DNA from: Leucoraja erinacea
Taxonomy: Eukaryota
Assembly (NCBI RefSeq): GCF_028641065.1
Contig: NC_073386.1
Location: 47,058,001 to 47,122,000, forward strand
Reading direction: 5' to 3'
Length of the DNA: 64,000 bases
Shown: positions 36,167 to 50,211 of the stretch, in pieces
Layout: every line of letters begins with the position of its first letter
Position numbering within the stretch: position 1 is the stretch's first letter
Translations under genes and position numbers: made by a program
Notes under the pieces: generated by a model
Told to the model about the DNA's origin: nothing
The model's input: the letters and a program-made list of their open reading frames with translations, nothing else
Databases searched by the model: none

Positions 36167-37000
36167 GTAAGTACCCCTTCCTGCGATAACCGATCTCGTT
36201 GTTATGTTTGCAGGGTTCTGGAGAAATAATGGTTGAACTTACCATAGGGAGGGTATTTTGACTTTGTGCCTCTTGTTGAAAGAGTGTTTAGAAAAGAAAG
36301 TGTAAATATTATACTCAAAATACCTGCCTGCAAAAAAATGTCTGTCTTTCACTTATCACCATTCCTGATAGTCTAGACAAGATGGGGGAACACCTCCAGC
36401 ATAGCCCACCTTGTGCTACTCTTTTCAAGCTGCTTTTAGCACAGTTACCAAGATTATTCAAAGCTGTGCAATATGCTTCTCTAGTTTGCCTTTTATCCAC
36501 GTGTATGTACAAGATAAAAATGGGAATTAAAACTTGTGACTTATTTTGGCCATCTGCCTCATTCAGTTCCTCATGCATCGAGCTCTTAGTACAGGTCACA
36601 TCCACAGTTAGAGCAGTTTGCGTAGCATATATTTACCCTTCGGGAATTCACAAATAACCAACAAAAAATATTGAGTTACGGAATAACAAATTAAAAAAGA
36701 ATAAATGTCCACCCATAACATTTATCTGAATATGTAAAAACTGTTTTTCTCCTACTTCTGCACTTGATGTGTTATGGAAAATGACAATATGACAACTTTT
36801 TTATATGATATTTTTTTGATGAGTTTTGTGGAAAATGACAATATGACAACATGACAACAATATGACCCCCCCTCCCCGCGGCTACAAACTGTCTGCATTA
36901 ATGTTGGCTGGTATTTTGAAGTCATAAAAATACATGACTATTCCTTGCAGTGATCTAGATGATTGTGATTGTAATTGTACCTTGAAATTTCTCTCCTCAG

Positions 37001-37102
37001 GTGGAAGTGATAGTTGGTGATTTTGGAATAGTGGTTGTCCCACGAGACAATGTAGACACGGACAGGATCCTCAATCATTCCTCGATGCTTCGCAAATACA
37101 AG
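37001..37102 (+). CDS. NMNAT2: NMNAT2 coding exon (equivalent to exon 9)
   Basis: ctcctcag| ... AAG|gtaagc; [34 protein letters not shown]; 102 nt, phase 0/0. Confidence 0.97.
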
Positions 37103-37889
37103 GTAAGCCCTTGCCATTTTATTCTGAGATGTTCTCCTGAAATAATTGTCCTGGTTATTTGATAGATGTAAAACTATTTTACAGTGAAGTGCAACGGCAT
37201 GGTTTTGATAAGAAATATTTAAACAACAAAATTGGTGGTTGCAATGAACTCAAACCTGGTAAAAAAAAAACAGGTAATAACTACTTTTATAATACAGTGA
37301 GCAAGTACAGCAATTTCACTTTTTATAACAATATGGAATAGAAAGAAGGGCTTCTGCAACTTTACCAATCTGTTCTTATTCGTATTTCTTAATTCTTCTT
37401 ATCTGTTCTTATATCATACGTTTGTCTGTGCAAAGGATAGAATATTGAAGATGATTGCACAGCCATGAATGGCCCCAAAACACTTGTGTGCTATTAATAA
37501 TCCTAAAGTCACAATGCACACATCGTATACTGCTAACCAATGCCAAAGAATCAGAAACATTTAATACATTGACATCTGCACCACAATACCCCAAAACAAT
37601 TAACATTAGTGTAACAGAATATAAATGAACCAAACCTGTCCATGAACTGTTGCCAGCAGTCAAATGTGTCTGATGCATGACACTAAATCAGATAGAACAT
37701 ATCTCAGATTCATCCTCATCACTCCGAGATGAGAGTGTGTTAATTCTGAATTCACAACAAACTTTGTTCTGCAGCATTGACATTGGTAGTAATAAACTCA
37801 AGATTGTGAAGATTTATAGATTTAGTTGCATCCGATTTATATTCGTTGATTCTGGTAAAAAGCATTTCATATTTTCTGCTCTTCAACAG

Positions 37890-37957
37890 GATAACATTCT
37901 TGCTGTAAAGGATGATACTAATCACCCCATGTCTGTTGTCAGTTCTACCAAGAGCAG
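37890..37957 (+). CDS. NMNAT2: NMNAT2 coding exon (equivalent to exon 10)
   Basis: caacag| ... AG|gtatga; DNILAVKDDTNHPMSVVSSTKS(R), containing the SSTxxR nucleotide-binding motif; 68 nt. Confidence 0.97.
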
Positions 37958-38204
37958 GTATGAATCTTCTTCTTACAACTGGATAGAAGCTGATCTATTT
38001 CATGTGTTCAGTGAATTTCATGGTTATTTCAAATCACCCACAATTTGTGTGAGGATGCTTTATCTTTTTCTTTGGTCAGGATCTGGGTATTGCTCATAGG
38101 AACTCATTTTATGCCCATATTAATTGTCATTTAAGAATCAAGCATATAGTGTTGATGTAACCAAACCTCGGGAGGCGGGACTCTTCACCGGATAATAATA
38201 GTTA

Positions 38205-38802
38205 GCAATGACATCCGTCGCATTGGTGAATGTTGACAGTTGACTGATGAGGTGGTACAGATGCACAATAGAAAGCATGCTGGCAGGTTGCATCACAGCC
38301 TGGTTTGGGAACAGCTTTGCCCAAGATCACTAGAAATTACGGAGAGTTGTAAATGTAGTCTGGTCCATCACACAGACCAGACTTCCCACCATTGACTTCA
38401 TCTACACTGTCTCAGAAAAGTAGTCAACTTCATCAAAGACATGTCCCATCCTGTTCATTCTTTTTTTCCTTCTCCCATCCGGCACAATTTATGGAAGCTT
38501 GAAAGCCTACATTGGCAGACTCAGTAATAGTTTCTCCCTCTGTTACCTGGCTTCAGAATGGTCCTTCCATTAGCTAGAGTACTGTCCTATTCACCTCCAC
38601 CCCATTGTGGATATTGGAACTGATGCGCTACATTGCGAAGAATATATTCTGCACTCTGTATCTTCCTCTTTGCTCTATCAATTGTACTTGACTTTGACTT
38701 GATTGTATTTATGTGCAGTATATCAAATCTATCTGGATAGCTTGCAAAACAAACCTTTTCACTGTATCTCAGTATAGGTGACAATAATAAACCTAAACCT
38801 AA
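38205..38802 (+). mobile_element. Rex1/Babar-like 3' fragment in the last NMNAT2 intron
   Basis: YRCTIESMLAGCITAWFGN remnant; AATAAACCTAAACCTAA tail. Confidence 0.75.
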
Positions 38803-39214
38803 TCAGCAAATTGGATTAGTTTTCAGTTTTATGTATAACGTGGTGCAATTTTTCATATGTCTTGGAGAAAAATTGAGAGAATCATGTAAATCCACATCCA
38901 TCAGCATGTTACAGTCTCAATATTAATTCAGAATCTTAAGATAGTGTAGATGTACAAGTCAATCATCTGTTCTTCTTGCTGGGTGAAAATCCCAATCTTG
39001 AAAGGGAAAGCTTTGCAATTAAATGAGATGGTGTAAACTACATTTACAACTCCCTGCAATTTCTAAAGGTGACTTCATTTCAAATCTTCTCTCTCTTGCT
39101 CTCAATTATACCAGAAAACAAATTAACAGTAAAGTTAGTGGACATATTTAGGCAACAAAATGAATTTATCACTCAACTGCATTATGACTAAACATTTGTA
39201 TTTGTATCTGACAG

Positions 39215-39317
39215 ACTTGCTTTGCAACATGGTGATGGCCACGTGGTGGAATATTTGAACCAGCCAGTTATTGATTACGTCTTGCAGAATCAGCTGTACA
39301 TCAAGACATCTGGATAA
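39215..39317 (+). CDS. NMNAT2: NMNAT2 last coding exon (equivalent to exon 11), stop TAA at 39315-39317
   Basis: ctgacag| acceptor; (R)[33 protein letters not shown], matching the recalled human C-terminus [33 protein letters not shown]. Confidence 0.97.
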
Positions 39318-40419
39318 AGTTATCCAGTGAAGACCAGAAAGCACAGCTTGCAATCTCCCTCTCAGTAAAACTGTACCACTACTCCTCTGCTTACATGTCC
39401 AGAGCTTCTCGTGTCTGCCATTCCCACTGTACAAAACGAGTCGAAGCTCTACTAACAGAATGCACTGTGTGAACTGCATATACAACTTCTTGTGTCTTTT
39501 CCTTTGTGCTCCCCTCTTTCAATTTTTTGTGCTGATCTTCCTATTGTTCCAGATTACCAAAATCAATAACTATTTCTGCTTTTTTCACTAGTGTTAGAAT
39601 TACATATGTTTCTTTGCGACAAATTCCTAATCTCTTTGTGCTGCTTGCAAATTTAAAACAACTTGGTTGTATGCCTTCTGGATTTGTGATCCAGGACTCG
39701 CAGTTAGTAGCATGTCTAGTTCAAAGAACTGCTTCAATGCCTCTGTGTTTGATAAATGTGATAAACTCAAACAATCAATTGTTTTCCATAGAAACTAAAT
39801 AAGTACTTGGACAATATTACATGTATTCTTGATGTCATAATATGCAAAAGTTATAAAAATATTCATGAATGTTCTGGTGGAATTGGAGTAAAATAAATTG
39901 GCATTAATAATATTTTCCGTCTGGAATATGAACATAGGAATTAGTCTCCTTCCTCTGAATTACATTTTGGTTGCTATGGAAAAAATTTAAAAAGTACAAC
40001 TTTCCTTGCTATTTAATAACAATGCAATTTTTTGGCCAGGCTTCATCTTTTATATAAACTCTGCTGAGTAATGATGGTGAAATTCCAAATAAGTATGGAT
40101 AAGATCACACTGTGACTTAGGACTATATTTCATTTATATGCAGCAGTAGGAAAGAAGCACAGAAAAACAATTAGTCTGGATGAATCAGGAATTGCATGTT
40201 CTGCGTTTCTATGTAACTTGTGTTCAACGAAATTGATCCAATTTTTGCAAGTGGTGTTTAGCTACTGTAATGTTGGAACCAGAAAGCATTCGAGAAAATT
40301 TGAAAAAAGGATGGCAGTCATACAAATAATCCTCCCGTACAAACCACGCAATATCTTCAGCCTCGGAAGCTAAATGTTGAAGCAAAGAAGTCTGTATTCT
40401 TTTTTGTAGAAGGTTACTA

Positions 40420-40950
40420 GTTCACAAGTTATAGGAGTAGAATTAGGCCATTCGGCCCATCTAGTCTACTCTGTCATTCAATCATGGCTGATCTCTGCCT
40501 CCTACTCCCATTTTCCTGCCTTCTCCCCATGACCCATGACACCCATTCTAATCAATAATTTATCTATCTTTGCCTTTAAAATATCCACTGACTTGGCCTC
40601 CACAGCCCTCTGTGGCAATGAGTTCCACAGATTAACTACCCTCTGACTAAAGAAGTTCCTCCTCACCTCCTTTCTAAATGTGCGCCCTTTAATTTTGAAG
40701 CTATGACCTCTGGTCCTAGACTCTCGCACCAGTGGAAACATCCTTTCCACATCCACTCTATCTATGCCTTTCATTATTCTGTAAGTTTCAATGAGGTCCC
40801 CTCTCAACCTTCTAAACTCCAGTGAGCACAGGCCCAGTGCTGCCAAAAGCTCAGAAAATGCTAACCCACTCATTCCTGGAATCATTCTTGTAAACCTCCT
40901 CTTGATCCTCTCCAGAGCCAGCACATCCTTCCTCAGATATGGGGCCCAAA
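40420..40950 (-). mobile_element. CR1 3' fragment in the putative NMNAT2 3' UTR
   Basis: ORF 40502-40924 LERIKRRFTRMIPG...RRLRGDLIETY...FFSQRVVNLWNSLP. Confidence 0.92.
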
Positions 40951-41734
40951 TATGAGTTACAAAATGAGTGAGTTGGGATTAGCCTCCTGCTGTTTTCATT
41001 TTGCGGTTCACTGGACTGCCAAAACAATTCAAACATGCAATAAGATCTCAGTTACATTGAAACTTGACATCTACTTGACTCCCTGGAACCAAATTTCTCA
41101 AATATAATGCTTTTTTAACCAGTAATCCTCTACATTTTGTCAAATGTCATTGTAAATTGAGATATATTTTATCAATCTTTTTATCCAATTCTGCTATGGA
41201 GATTTTCATGTTCACTAGTAATCTCAGATCTTTACACTTTCCAGGACATTGAAAGAAACTTATTTCAGATTAAGGTTTATATTGTAGGGTACTTTTAATT
41301 GTAGGATTAATTCCAGGGTTTTTATGATTTCACATGACTGTGAACCTTTTGAGTTCCAGTTCAACTTCAATCTTGTCTACGTTAGGCCCAACGTGAAAGA
41401 ACGATGGTCAGTTTTGAGGGCTAGTTATGAAGCAGTTGTGAATCTTATGAAAGGAATATTGAACAAAACACCGAAAATGGAAAGACAGTAGCGCAGGAAT
41501 GTACACGGGACAAAAGTGTATGCAGATTTCTGAAGCTAGCTTTCACAGGTTAGATGGGATAAATTCCAACTCAAGACCTAGTCCTCGTCTCCCTTCAGAG
41601 AGTAAAACTAAACAACTCCAAGTCACTACAACAATATAGAGGAAAATCATACGAAAGGCGTGATTCTCTCCAAAATGACCATCTTAGTGACAGAAGTTGA
41701 TTATTAGTTCTTGCTTCATTCTGTTATTTTACTG

Positions 41735-41952
41735 CAGAAATATCTTGAACTGACTCTCTCTCTCCATCCCCTCTCCCTTCCCAGTTCTCCCACCAGTCTC
41801 CCTGTCTCGGACTACATTCTATCACTGTCCCACTCACTCCCCTCACATCAGACTGAAGAAGGATCTCGACATGAAACGTCACCCATTCCTTCTCACCAGA
41901 TGCCTGCCTGCCCCGCTGAGTTACTCCAGCATTTTGTTGTCTACCTCTTCAA
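41735..41952 (+). mobile_element. Penelope-derived tail element in the putative 3' UTR
   Basis: CTGAAGAAGGATCTCGACATGAAACGTCACCCATTCC + tail. Confidence 0.75.
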
Positions 41953-44634
41953 CTGACATGTCACGTTTATTGTGATATGCACATGGATGGTGAGATACAG
42001 GTACAATGAAAATCTTGCTTGCAGCAGCATCACAGACACATAGACTCAGACAACAGAGAACCTTTGCTTTTAACAGTTGATTTTTTGATTCTTGCCGCTA
42101 TTGTATTAAATACACCTGGTTGTTTAGTCACAAAATTAGTTTTCATTACTAAATACCCTGCCCATTTAGTCTTCCCCAAAAAGACTTGCTAACAAAGAAA
42201 TTGTGTATTTATGTATTCTGTTAATAATTGTGCATAGCTGTCAGATGTATCCTTTAATGTACAGTGTGTGACTTCTCTCTGTTCACTGTTGTCTAGTGTC
42301 CAACACCATTAGTAGTTTAACCTTTAATGTCGCACGATTGTCTCTCTAATGCACAGATTCTTCGGCAAATATAATGAAAGGGTTCTATATCACTTCCCTG
42401 ATGTTTTCATTTTACTGTCATTCAAGAATAATACTGTAATGATGTGTGCTCAATTTGAGAGCTGTAAGTTATCTAAATGCATGCTTTCAAGATTCTCCAG
42501 TAGGATGTCATTTTTTAACTACAAAAAACTTCATAGAACAAAAGACTCTACCTGCTGGTATAATGCTGGCTGAGATCCATGTCATGAGTTCCATATCTTT
42601 CATGAAACAGATTCCAATTTCCCAATTTGAAATTCATCATTTCTAGAAATGGCAATGTAATGGCACTTCTATATAAAACATACATTTATCAAAATATTGT
42701 TTTTTCCTGACCTACAATACAGTCTTTGTTCATAGATCAAGTACAAACAAGAACTAAATAGCTTCATGTCTGGCAGTTCCTTCCCAAGCTCTTGGTTGTG
42801 TTTCTGTTTGTAACTTGCACGGGTTTTTTTTAAAAACAGACTCCACTTTTATAACGTTTTTTTATAAGCCTGTGATAATAATCTAGAAGCTTAAATTCTT
42901 TTCAATAAATGTTTCTGCATGATTAGCAGCACAGGTATTATCCGGGGCTGGAAAATGTAACCCGTTCATATATAAGGCACAATGGAATTTGTTTAACAGA
43001 GAAGATGAACATAAAAAAACAATAAGATGCTGCTACCTCCTGGATTTGGATAATTTAGCACCCTTGTTTGATAGCTCTTTTGTTCTGAGAAATGAATTAA
43101 ATAATTTCCACAAAAACTAAAAAAAATATTTGTTTTCTTGTGCTGGCAATACACATGTGTAATCCCCCATCTGCACCCAACCCCCTCCCCTGCTCTGGTG
43201 GTCATTCAGTGGTCAGTGCGTACTTTTGTATTCGTTACTTTTTTGTTTAAAGATACAATATAAATGACTCTAATTTAGTGGACAATATCTTTTGATTGTG
43301 CTTCTGGTATTTGTGACATCTCCCATGATGTATTGAACTGTTTGTAGGTGTGAACCAATGTGGATAAAGATTGCATCCAGTGTAGTGTTCAATCCATTGT
43401 TGCGTGTCTGAACATCATCTTTTCCCTGTCGCTCCAAACTTTCAAAGGAGTTTTAGAAGACTGTATAGATTAGCTGGAAGCTAAGTGTTTCCTCTGCATC
43501 TGGTTCAGGGTGCAACAAACGCATGCGTAATTATAATCACCCGTGTATCTACTTTTATGCAGAGCTCGTTCAAGAGAAAGGGGCAGAAAGCATAAGGACT
43601 ATTGACTGTTTATCGTTAAATGATTCAGACCATTTGGGAAGGATGCTTTGAGCTCACTGGGTGAGGTAGTGTCTTGGGTACCTTTTTGAACTAGGATGGG
43701 TTGAATTACCACTATCTATACCTTTTTTGTTCTATGGTCCATCATCATCGCAAACTTCCTTTTGAACCACCACATGACATTATTATTAGATTTCACCTAT
43801 TTACCACTTTGCTGCAGAAATGTCACTGCTGGCTCTGTCATAATTATGAAGGTTAATCCTTTGACCCCTGTTTAAATCATGAGCAGTCAGGCAAAAGTGA
43901 TCTGGTAATTGCCACAATTGAGTAGTTGGGGCAGGTATCTTTAACCAAACAAGCCACAGATAAGTGAGGGTGGCATTTATTCTACATGATTAAGAGTACT
44001 GTGTACGGAGCATGTGAACTGTAATGAATTAAAACAATTATTGCTCAGTGTTTTATTTATCTTTCTTTTCTGATATGGAGCCCACCCAAACTCACGCTAT
44101 TCACAGCATACCATTTGTTTCAGTCTGATCACAGATCAGGTCAACTGCACATTGTTGTCTCAACGTCTTGGTGAGACATTAACCACTCAGTGACCCCTTG
44201 GTAACTTCACATATCTTAAAATCTGGTTAATTTTAGAACATTTCCTATTTCTGTGTATTATCTTTAATTATTGATACGTAAGATGATTCGATGATGGACT
44301 TAATAGTCAGAAATCAAATATTCTGTTTTGTGTATCATGAACTTTCAAATTATTTCTTAAATTGCTAATAAAATTCCTTGCTGAAAGAATGGGTTATCGG
44401 TTATTGTAAAATATTGTGCTTTTGTGCATTGACTGAAAAATATTTGAAGCAAAATAGCTAGATTCATTATTAATCTATTGCCTATAATCCTAAATCTTGC
44501 ATTGAGAATAGTGGGAAAACGATTCAATCACATACAAAACACGGGCTAAAACAGTTTGGTGAGGGGGAGTGAATCTATGGGTTTTTGTTCTAACGCCAAT
44601 GTGTAAGAATTGTTCCAATGCAGGTATATTTTTT

Positions 44635-45027
44635 TTGAAGACACAAGGAACTGCAGATACCATTTACAAAAAAAAACACAAAGCACTGGAGCAACCCAGC
44701 GGGTCTGGCAGCATTCCTGGAGGATGTGGATAGGCAGCATTTTGGGTTGGCAGCCTTCTTCAGACTGATAATAGTAAAGTGGAGAAAGCAGGCAGGGGCA
44801 GGATGAAGCTTGGCAAGAGATAGGTGGGTACAAGTGAAAGGGGTTTGATTTGCAAATGGGTGGACAAAGACTAGAGATGAAAAGGAAATAAAAGGCTGTG
44901 AGAAGGAGAGAAGAGGAGTGACATGTAGAGCCGAAGGGAGAGATGTACAGCAGGTGGAAGGGGATGGGGAAAAGGGGAAAGAGGCTGGGATGATGGGATA
45001 ATAGATGCGTACCAGGGTGGGGATATG

Positions 45028-45066
<39 letters not shown>

Positions 45067-45620
45067 AGGTGCGGGCAGTTACCATTGTTGTAAGCTACCC
45101 ATGTGGAATATAAGGTGCTGTTCCTCCAGTTTCCTTGTGGATTCACTCTGGTAATGGAGGAAGCGTTAGAGCTGTCCGGTTTCCCTCTACGATCACCCTG
45201 CCTGGCGGAGCTTGTGCTCACCCTCAACTACTTCCTTTGACTCATTTCACTCTCTTCAAGTTTAAAGTGTAGCAATGGGCACTCGCTTTTAGTTTAGTTT
45301 ATTGTCACATGTACTGAGTACAGTGAAAAAAGTACAGAGTACGGTGAGAGAGGGATTCATATGTTTGTCCTCGAACTTCATTTACTGCATTCAGTGCTCC
45401 CAATGTGGCCTCCTTTCCAGCGATACCAAGTGTAGATTAGATGACCATTTCATGGCACACTTGCATGGCCTGCTGCATACCCAGGTTGCCCATTATTTTA
45501 GCTCCTCTTGCCATTCCAATACCAACCATTGTATCCTGGGCCATTGTCCTTGCCAGAGTGCAGCCACACATATACCACTCAGATAGGTTACAACCCAACA
45601 GAATACCACATTTGTTTAGG
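44635..45620. mobile_element. Penelope-like fragments (tail on minus strand at 44635-45160; GIY-YIG remnant on plus strand at 45340-45610) with a poly-G run at 45033-45065
   Basis: ORF 45302 FICLSSNFIYCIQCSQCGLL..TKCRLDDHF; the tail matches other copies in the window. Confidence 0.7.
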
Positions 45621-45644
45621 TAAAATGATCCCCCACCCCCATTT

Positions 45645-45885
45645 CCCGAGCCTAACACTGCATCCTGCGAAACATTGCGGAAGTTAAGAAGGTCCAGGAA
45701 GACATCAGATCCCGCTCTTTTTTACTTTTCCATCACTTGTTTCGCACTCTGAACGGCTCTTTCCCCTAAGCCGTTTGACTGCTGATATTCCGGGATGCTG
45801 TTGACATGTTTGAAATCCCAGCATTGGATAAAATCTTTGAAGCTTTGGCTTGTAAATTGTCCTGCATTGTCTGACATGAGGGAGA
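45645..45885 (-). mobile_element. Gypsy/Ty3-type integrase core fragment
   Basis: LMSDNAGQFTSQSFKDFIQCWDFKHVNSIPEYQQSNGLGERAVQSAKQVMEK, then SDVFLDLLNFRN...LGS: second D and the E of the DDE motif. Confidence 0.85.
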
Positions 45886-45894
45886 GAGGGGCCA

Positions 45895-46485
45895 ATAGAA
45901 ACAGAAAATAGGTGTAGGAGTAGACCATTTGGCGCTTCGAGCTAGCATCCCATTCAATATGATCATGGCTGATCATCCAAAATCAGTACCCTGTTCCATA
46001 TCCCTTGATTCCATTAGCCCTAAGTGCTATATCTAACTCTATCTTGAAAACATCCAGTGAATTGGCCTCCACTGCGGTAGACAATTCCACAGATTCACAA
46101 CTCTCTGGGTGAAAAAGTTGTTCCTCATCTCAGTCCTAAATGGCCAACCATTTATTCTTAAACTGTGACCCCTGATTCTGTAATCCCCCAACATCGGGAA
46201 CGTCTTTCCTGCATTTAGCCTGTCGAATCTCTTAAGAATCTTATATATTTTTATAAGATTTCCTCTCATCCTTCTAAATTCAATTGAATACAAGCCTAGT
46301 CGCCCCATTCTTTCATCATATGTCAATCCCGCCATCTTGGGAAATAATCTGGTGAACTTACGCTGCACTCCATCAATAGCAAGAATGTCCTTCCTCAAAT
46401 TAGGAGACCAAAACTGCACACAATACTCCAGGTGTGGTCACAACAGTGTACAACCCCTTGCTCCTATACTCAAATTCTCTCGCTA
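45895..46485 (-). mobile_element. CR1 3' fragment
   Basis: ORF 46039-46419 QFWSPNLRKDILAIDGVQRKFTR. Confidence 0.92.
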
Positions 46486-48184
46486 TGAAGTAGCAATGAG
46501 GTAAATAATGAAATATAGTTGGAATATTGATTTAATCATTGGAACATTATTTTCAATTGGGTCTCTGCTATGGAAAATCCAACCAAACTGATAATTGAGA
46601 ATTGACATGATGGTAAATGCCTGACTAGATTGTGTGTTCAAACTTTGATATAGAATCCAAAGCCATGCCATTCTTACTGCTGAGTGAAATTCTATCATCT
46701 GGAACCAATCTGGCATTTGTATTGATGAAGATGATAATTACAAATACAACATTAATTTAAAAATAAAAAGCGAATGTTCATGCAGCAATATGTCTAAATG
46801 GAATGCGTTCAAGAATGCCGACAAGTTCATACGACATTTCTGGGAATGTGCTGCGCAGAAAATAGCTGGTTTGATCAGATGCCTTTCATTGCTAGCAGAT
46901 GGGAATGAATAACAGATGTAAGAGGAATAGAAGACGAAGCTTCCTGTGGACATGTTTACGAGATTGGATTAGCTAGCATGAATGATGGACACAATAAATC
47001 ATTTAATGCATATTAATTTTAATAAAGCAGGAATTGGGAATGATTAATTACTATTAATGAGTAACAATTAATGTAAACATTGTCATTGATGAAACTTTTG
47101 AACACTAGAATACAAATATCGGAATTTCTGGTCCTAATGCCTATCAGACTATTATAATGGGCACACACTACAGTTTACAGCTTAGTGTTGGCCATTATCT
47201 GCACGAGTGGATAGTGTGTACAAGGGAAATGGAGATGTTTAAAACTCCCAGGATCAGACTTGCATCTTCTCAGGAGCAAGAGTACACAAGCTATTTGCCT
47301 TCACAAATGTGTTTAAGCTACCACTGGTGCAGCTGATGTTATTACAGACTCTTAACTCAGCCAAGGCTGAAGATTATGTGGTGATGATTGGGATACCATT
47401 TTTTTTCATTTGGCACTGTTTGCCCTTAACCAATGTCATCAGCTTAGCTAAGCCTTGCTTGACTCTCAGTCTGCAATTCCTGGACTTCCACATCCACTTC
47501 CACAAAGACCATTGAATTGTTTTTGGAATTATATACTTAAGGTGATTTTGTTGCATATCATTTGCAAGGATTATTTAAATTTTAATTTAGCAACACATTT
47601 TCCATATCTTACATCCTTCCTTTCTACATAACACCAAAGGCTGGTAGATTGAACCTCCCTCAAAATGGTGGATGTAGGCGAGATCCATAACAGTTTCAAA
47701 AGATGATTCATAGTATCAACCCACCAACCCACCAATCATGCCTGGTGCATGATTTCTGGCAGTCTCATGAGTACACTGCTTGAACTATGGAACTCATTCA
47801 GCTTTCCTTCAATGTAAAGAACTCCAAAGAATTTGAAGGGGTTCTATTCATCAACATCTGGTATGAATGGGACTATTTGTACCAGATCATCAGAAATATG
47901 CTAAGAGTTTTAGGAACTAGCACCAGTGCCATATTTTAAACAACATATCAAGACTGATGAATGGACTTCTCTGTAAACACGTATATATATTTTTTGTGAA
48001 GTGGTTCATAATTTAGTTTGAAATCGAAGGACTATGGCAACAATCAAATATAATACACAGACCAGCATAAAGATAGCACTGAGATAGAAAGAAAAATATT
48101 GTATTTTGTAAAATTCTCCAAAATGACAATGAAATATAATTATCAGGTATAGGAATATATATTACCAGGATCATGAGCACCACA

Positions 48185-48522
48185 GATAGACACAAAATGC
48201 TGGAGTAACTCAGCGGGACAGGCAACGTCTCTGGAGAGAAGGAATGGCTAACGTTTCGGGTCGAGACCCTTCTCCAGACTGTGAGTCAGGGGAAAGCGAA
48301 ACGAGAGATATAGACGGTGATATAGAGAGATATAGAACAAATTAGTGAAATATATGCAAAATGTACCAATGATAACAGAAACAGGCCATTGTTAACTGTT
48401 TGCTTTGTCATCGTTACTATTTTGCATCTTTTATTCATTTGTTCTATATCTCTCTACATCACCGTATATATCTTTTGTTTCCCTTTCCCCTGACTCCAGT
48501 CTAAAGAAGAGTCTTGACTCGA
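48185..48522. mobile_element. Fold-back Penelope-tail element (long arms)
   Basis: 48255-48375 and 48405-48522 are reverse complements. Confidence 0.75.
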
Positions 48523-48529
48523 ATGTACT

Positions 48530-49935
48530 TCCTATGGCAGGAATAGAGGATAGGCCAGTAGTGGCTGAGGAGTTGCTCCTGGTGTGGGGATTCAGGTTTT
48601 TGGACCACTGGGATCTCTACTGGAATAGAAGTGATCTATACAAATGGTGTGGAACAGATCTCGGGGTACAGGTGCATAGTTCCCTGAAAGTGGCATTTCA
48701 AGACAACAGGGTTGCGAAGAATATGTTCGCCATACTGGCCTACATTGGAAAGGTGGGACATCATGATCCAGCTGTACAAGTCATTGGTGAGACCATACCT
48801 GGAATACTGTGTGCAGTTCTGGTTGCCCATCCAAAAGGAGGATGTGAATAAGTTGGACAAGATGCTGAAGAGATTTACCAGGATGTTACTGGCACTTGCC
48901 AGCTTATTAAAGGGAGAGGCTAGATAGGATGGGACTTTTTTCTTTGGACTGCAAGAGGCTGGGGGTTGACCTTATTAAGGTATGCAGAATCATGAAGGGC
49001 ATGATAAAGTGGACGCTCACAGTCTTCTTTCCCAGGGTGAAGAATTCCAAAACATAGGGTTAAGGTGAGAGGAGAGATTTAAGATGGACATTTTCACTCG
49101 GAGGGTAGTATCTGCAAAGAGCTGCTAAAGCCTGTTTTAGCAGTGGCCTTCATAACAAGAGGATTTCAGTATATGAGTAAAGAGGTTCTTCTGCAGTTGT
49201 ATAGGTCTCTGGTGAGACCACATCTGGAGTATTGTGTACAGTTTTGGTCTCCTAATTTGGGGAAGAACATCCTTATGATTGAGGCAGTGCAGCGTAGGTT
49301 CACGAGATTGATCCCTGGGATGACGGGACTGTCATATGAGGGAAGATTGAAAAGTCTAGGCTTGTATTCACTGGAGTTTAGAAGGATGAGGGGCAATCTT
49401 ATAGAAACATATAAAATTATAAAAGGACTGGACAAGCTAGATGCAGGAAAAATGTTCCCGATGTTGGGCGAGTCCAGAACCAGGGGCCACAGTCTTAGAA
49501 TAAAGGGGAGGTCATTTAAGACTGAGGTGAGAAAAACGTTTTCGCCCACAGAGTTGTGAATTTATGGAATTCCTTGCCACAGAGGGCAGTGGAGGCCAAG
49601 TCACTGGTTTTAAGAGAGAGTTAGATAGAGCTCGAGGGGCTAGTGGAGTCAAGGGATATGGGGAGAAGGCAGGCACGGGTTATTGATAGGGGACGATCAG
49701 CCATGATCACAATGAATGGAGGTGCTGGCTCGAAGGGCCAAATGGCCTCCTCCTGAACCTATTTTCTATGTTTCCAAGGATACAATTATGACTTTCTGAA
49801 AGATATTTGGACAGATGTATGGATGGGAAGGTTATTGATGGATATGGGCTAATTGCAGGCAGATGGGACTAGCCCAGGATGTCAAATTGATTGGCATTAA
49901 CAAGTTAGGTCAAAGGATCTGTTTCCTTACCTTAT
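48530..49935 (+). mobile_element. Old CR1 (ORF1 remnant joined to ORF2 end) with a younger CR1 nested at ~49143-49755
   Basis: GFRFLDHWDLYW; LYKSLVRPYLEYCVQFW; ORF 49143-49559 LYRSLVRPHLEYCVQFWSP. Confidence 0.88.
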
Positions 49936-50211
49936 ACACAATGGATCGATGACAGAAAAATAATAATCCAGGCTGTTTGTTGGGGAATGGGGGAGGGGAG
50001 CCTCAGGCCATTGTAAACCCATGAAATCATAAACATTAGCAATTGATACTTGTCAGACATGAAATTATTTTTGAAAAGTAAAGTTTGGTCCTATTGAAAA
50101 TTCATTTGGATTGAAATGTTATGACGAAGGACAAAGGACAAAGGACAAAGGATAAAGGACATTTATTGTCACATACACCATTTCTGGTGTAATGAAATTT
50201 GGGCTATAACG

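Larger units (their letters stand above)
39318..44395 (+). other. NMNAT2: Putative NMNAT2 3' UTR (3' end uncertain; candidate AATAAA at 39892, 42904 and 44367)
   Basis: AU-rich and comparatively repeat-poor stretch after the stop. The 44367 AATAAA is followed by GT-rich sequence. Mammalian NMNAT2 has a multi-kb 3' UTR. Confidence 0.5.

Noticed and set aside
37677-38099. 140-aa ORF as an independent gene
   Set aside because: It is the 68-nt NMNAT2 exon with open intronic flanks.
44546-45227. Poly-proline ORFs
   Set aside because: They derive from a poly-G run in a Penelope tail; the run length may also be a sequencing error.
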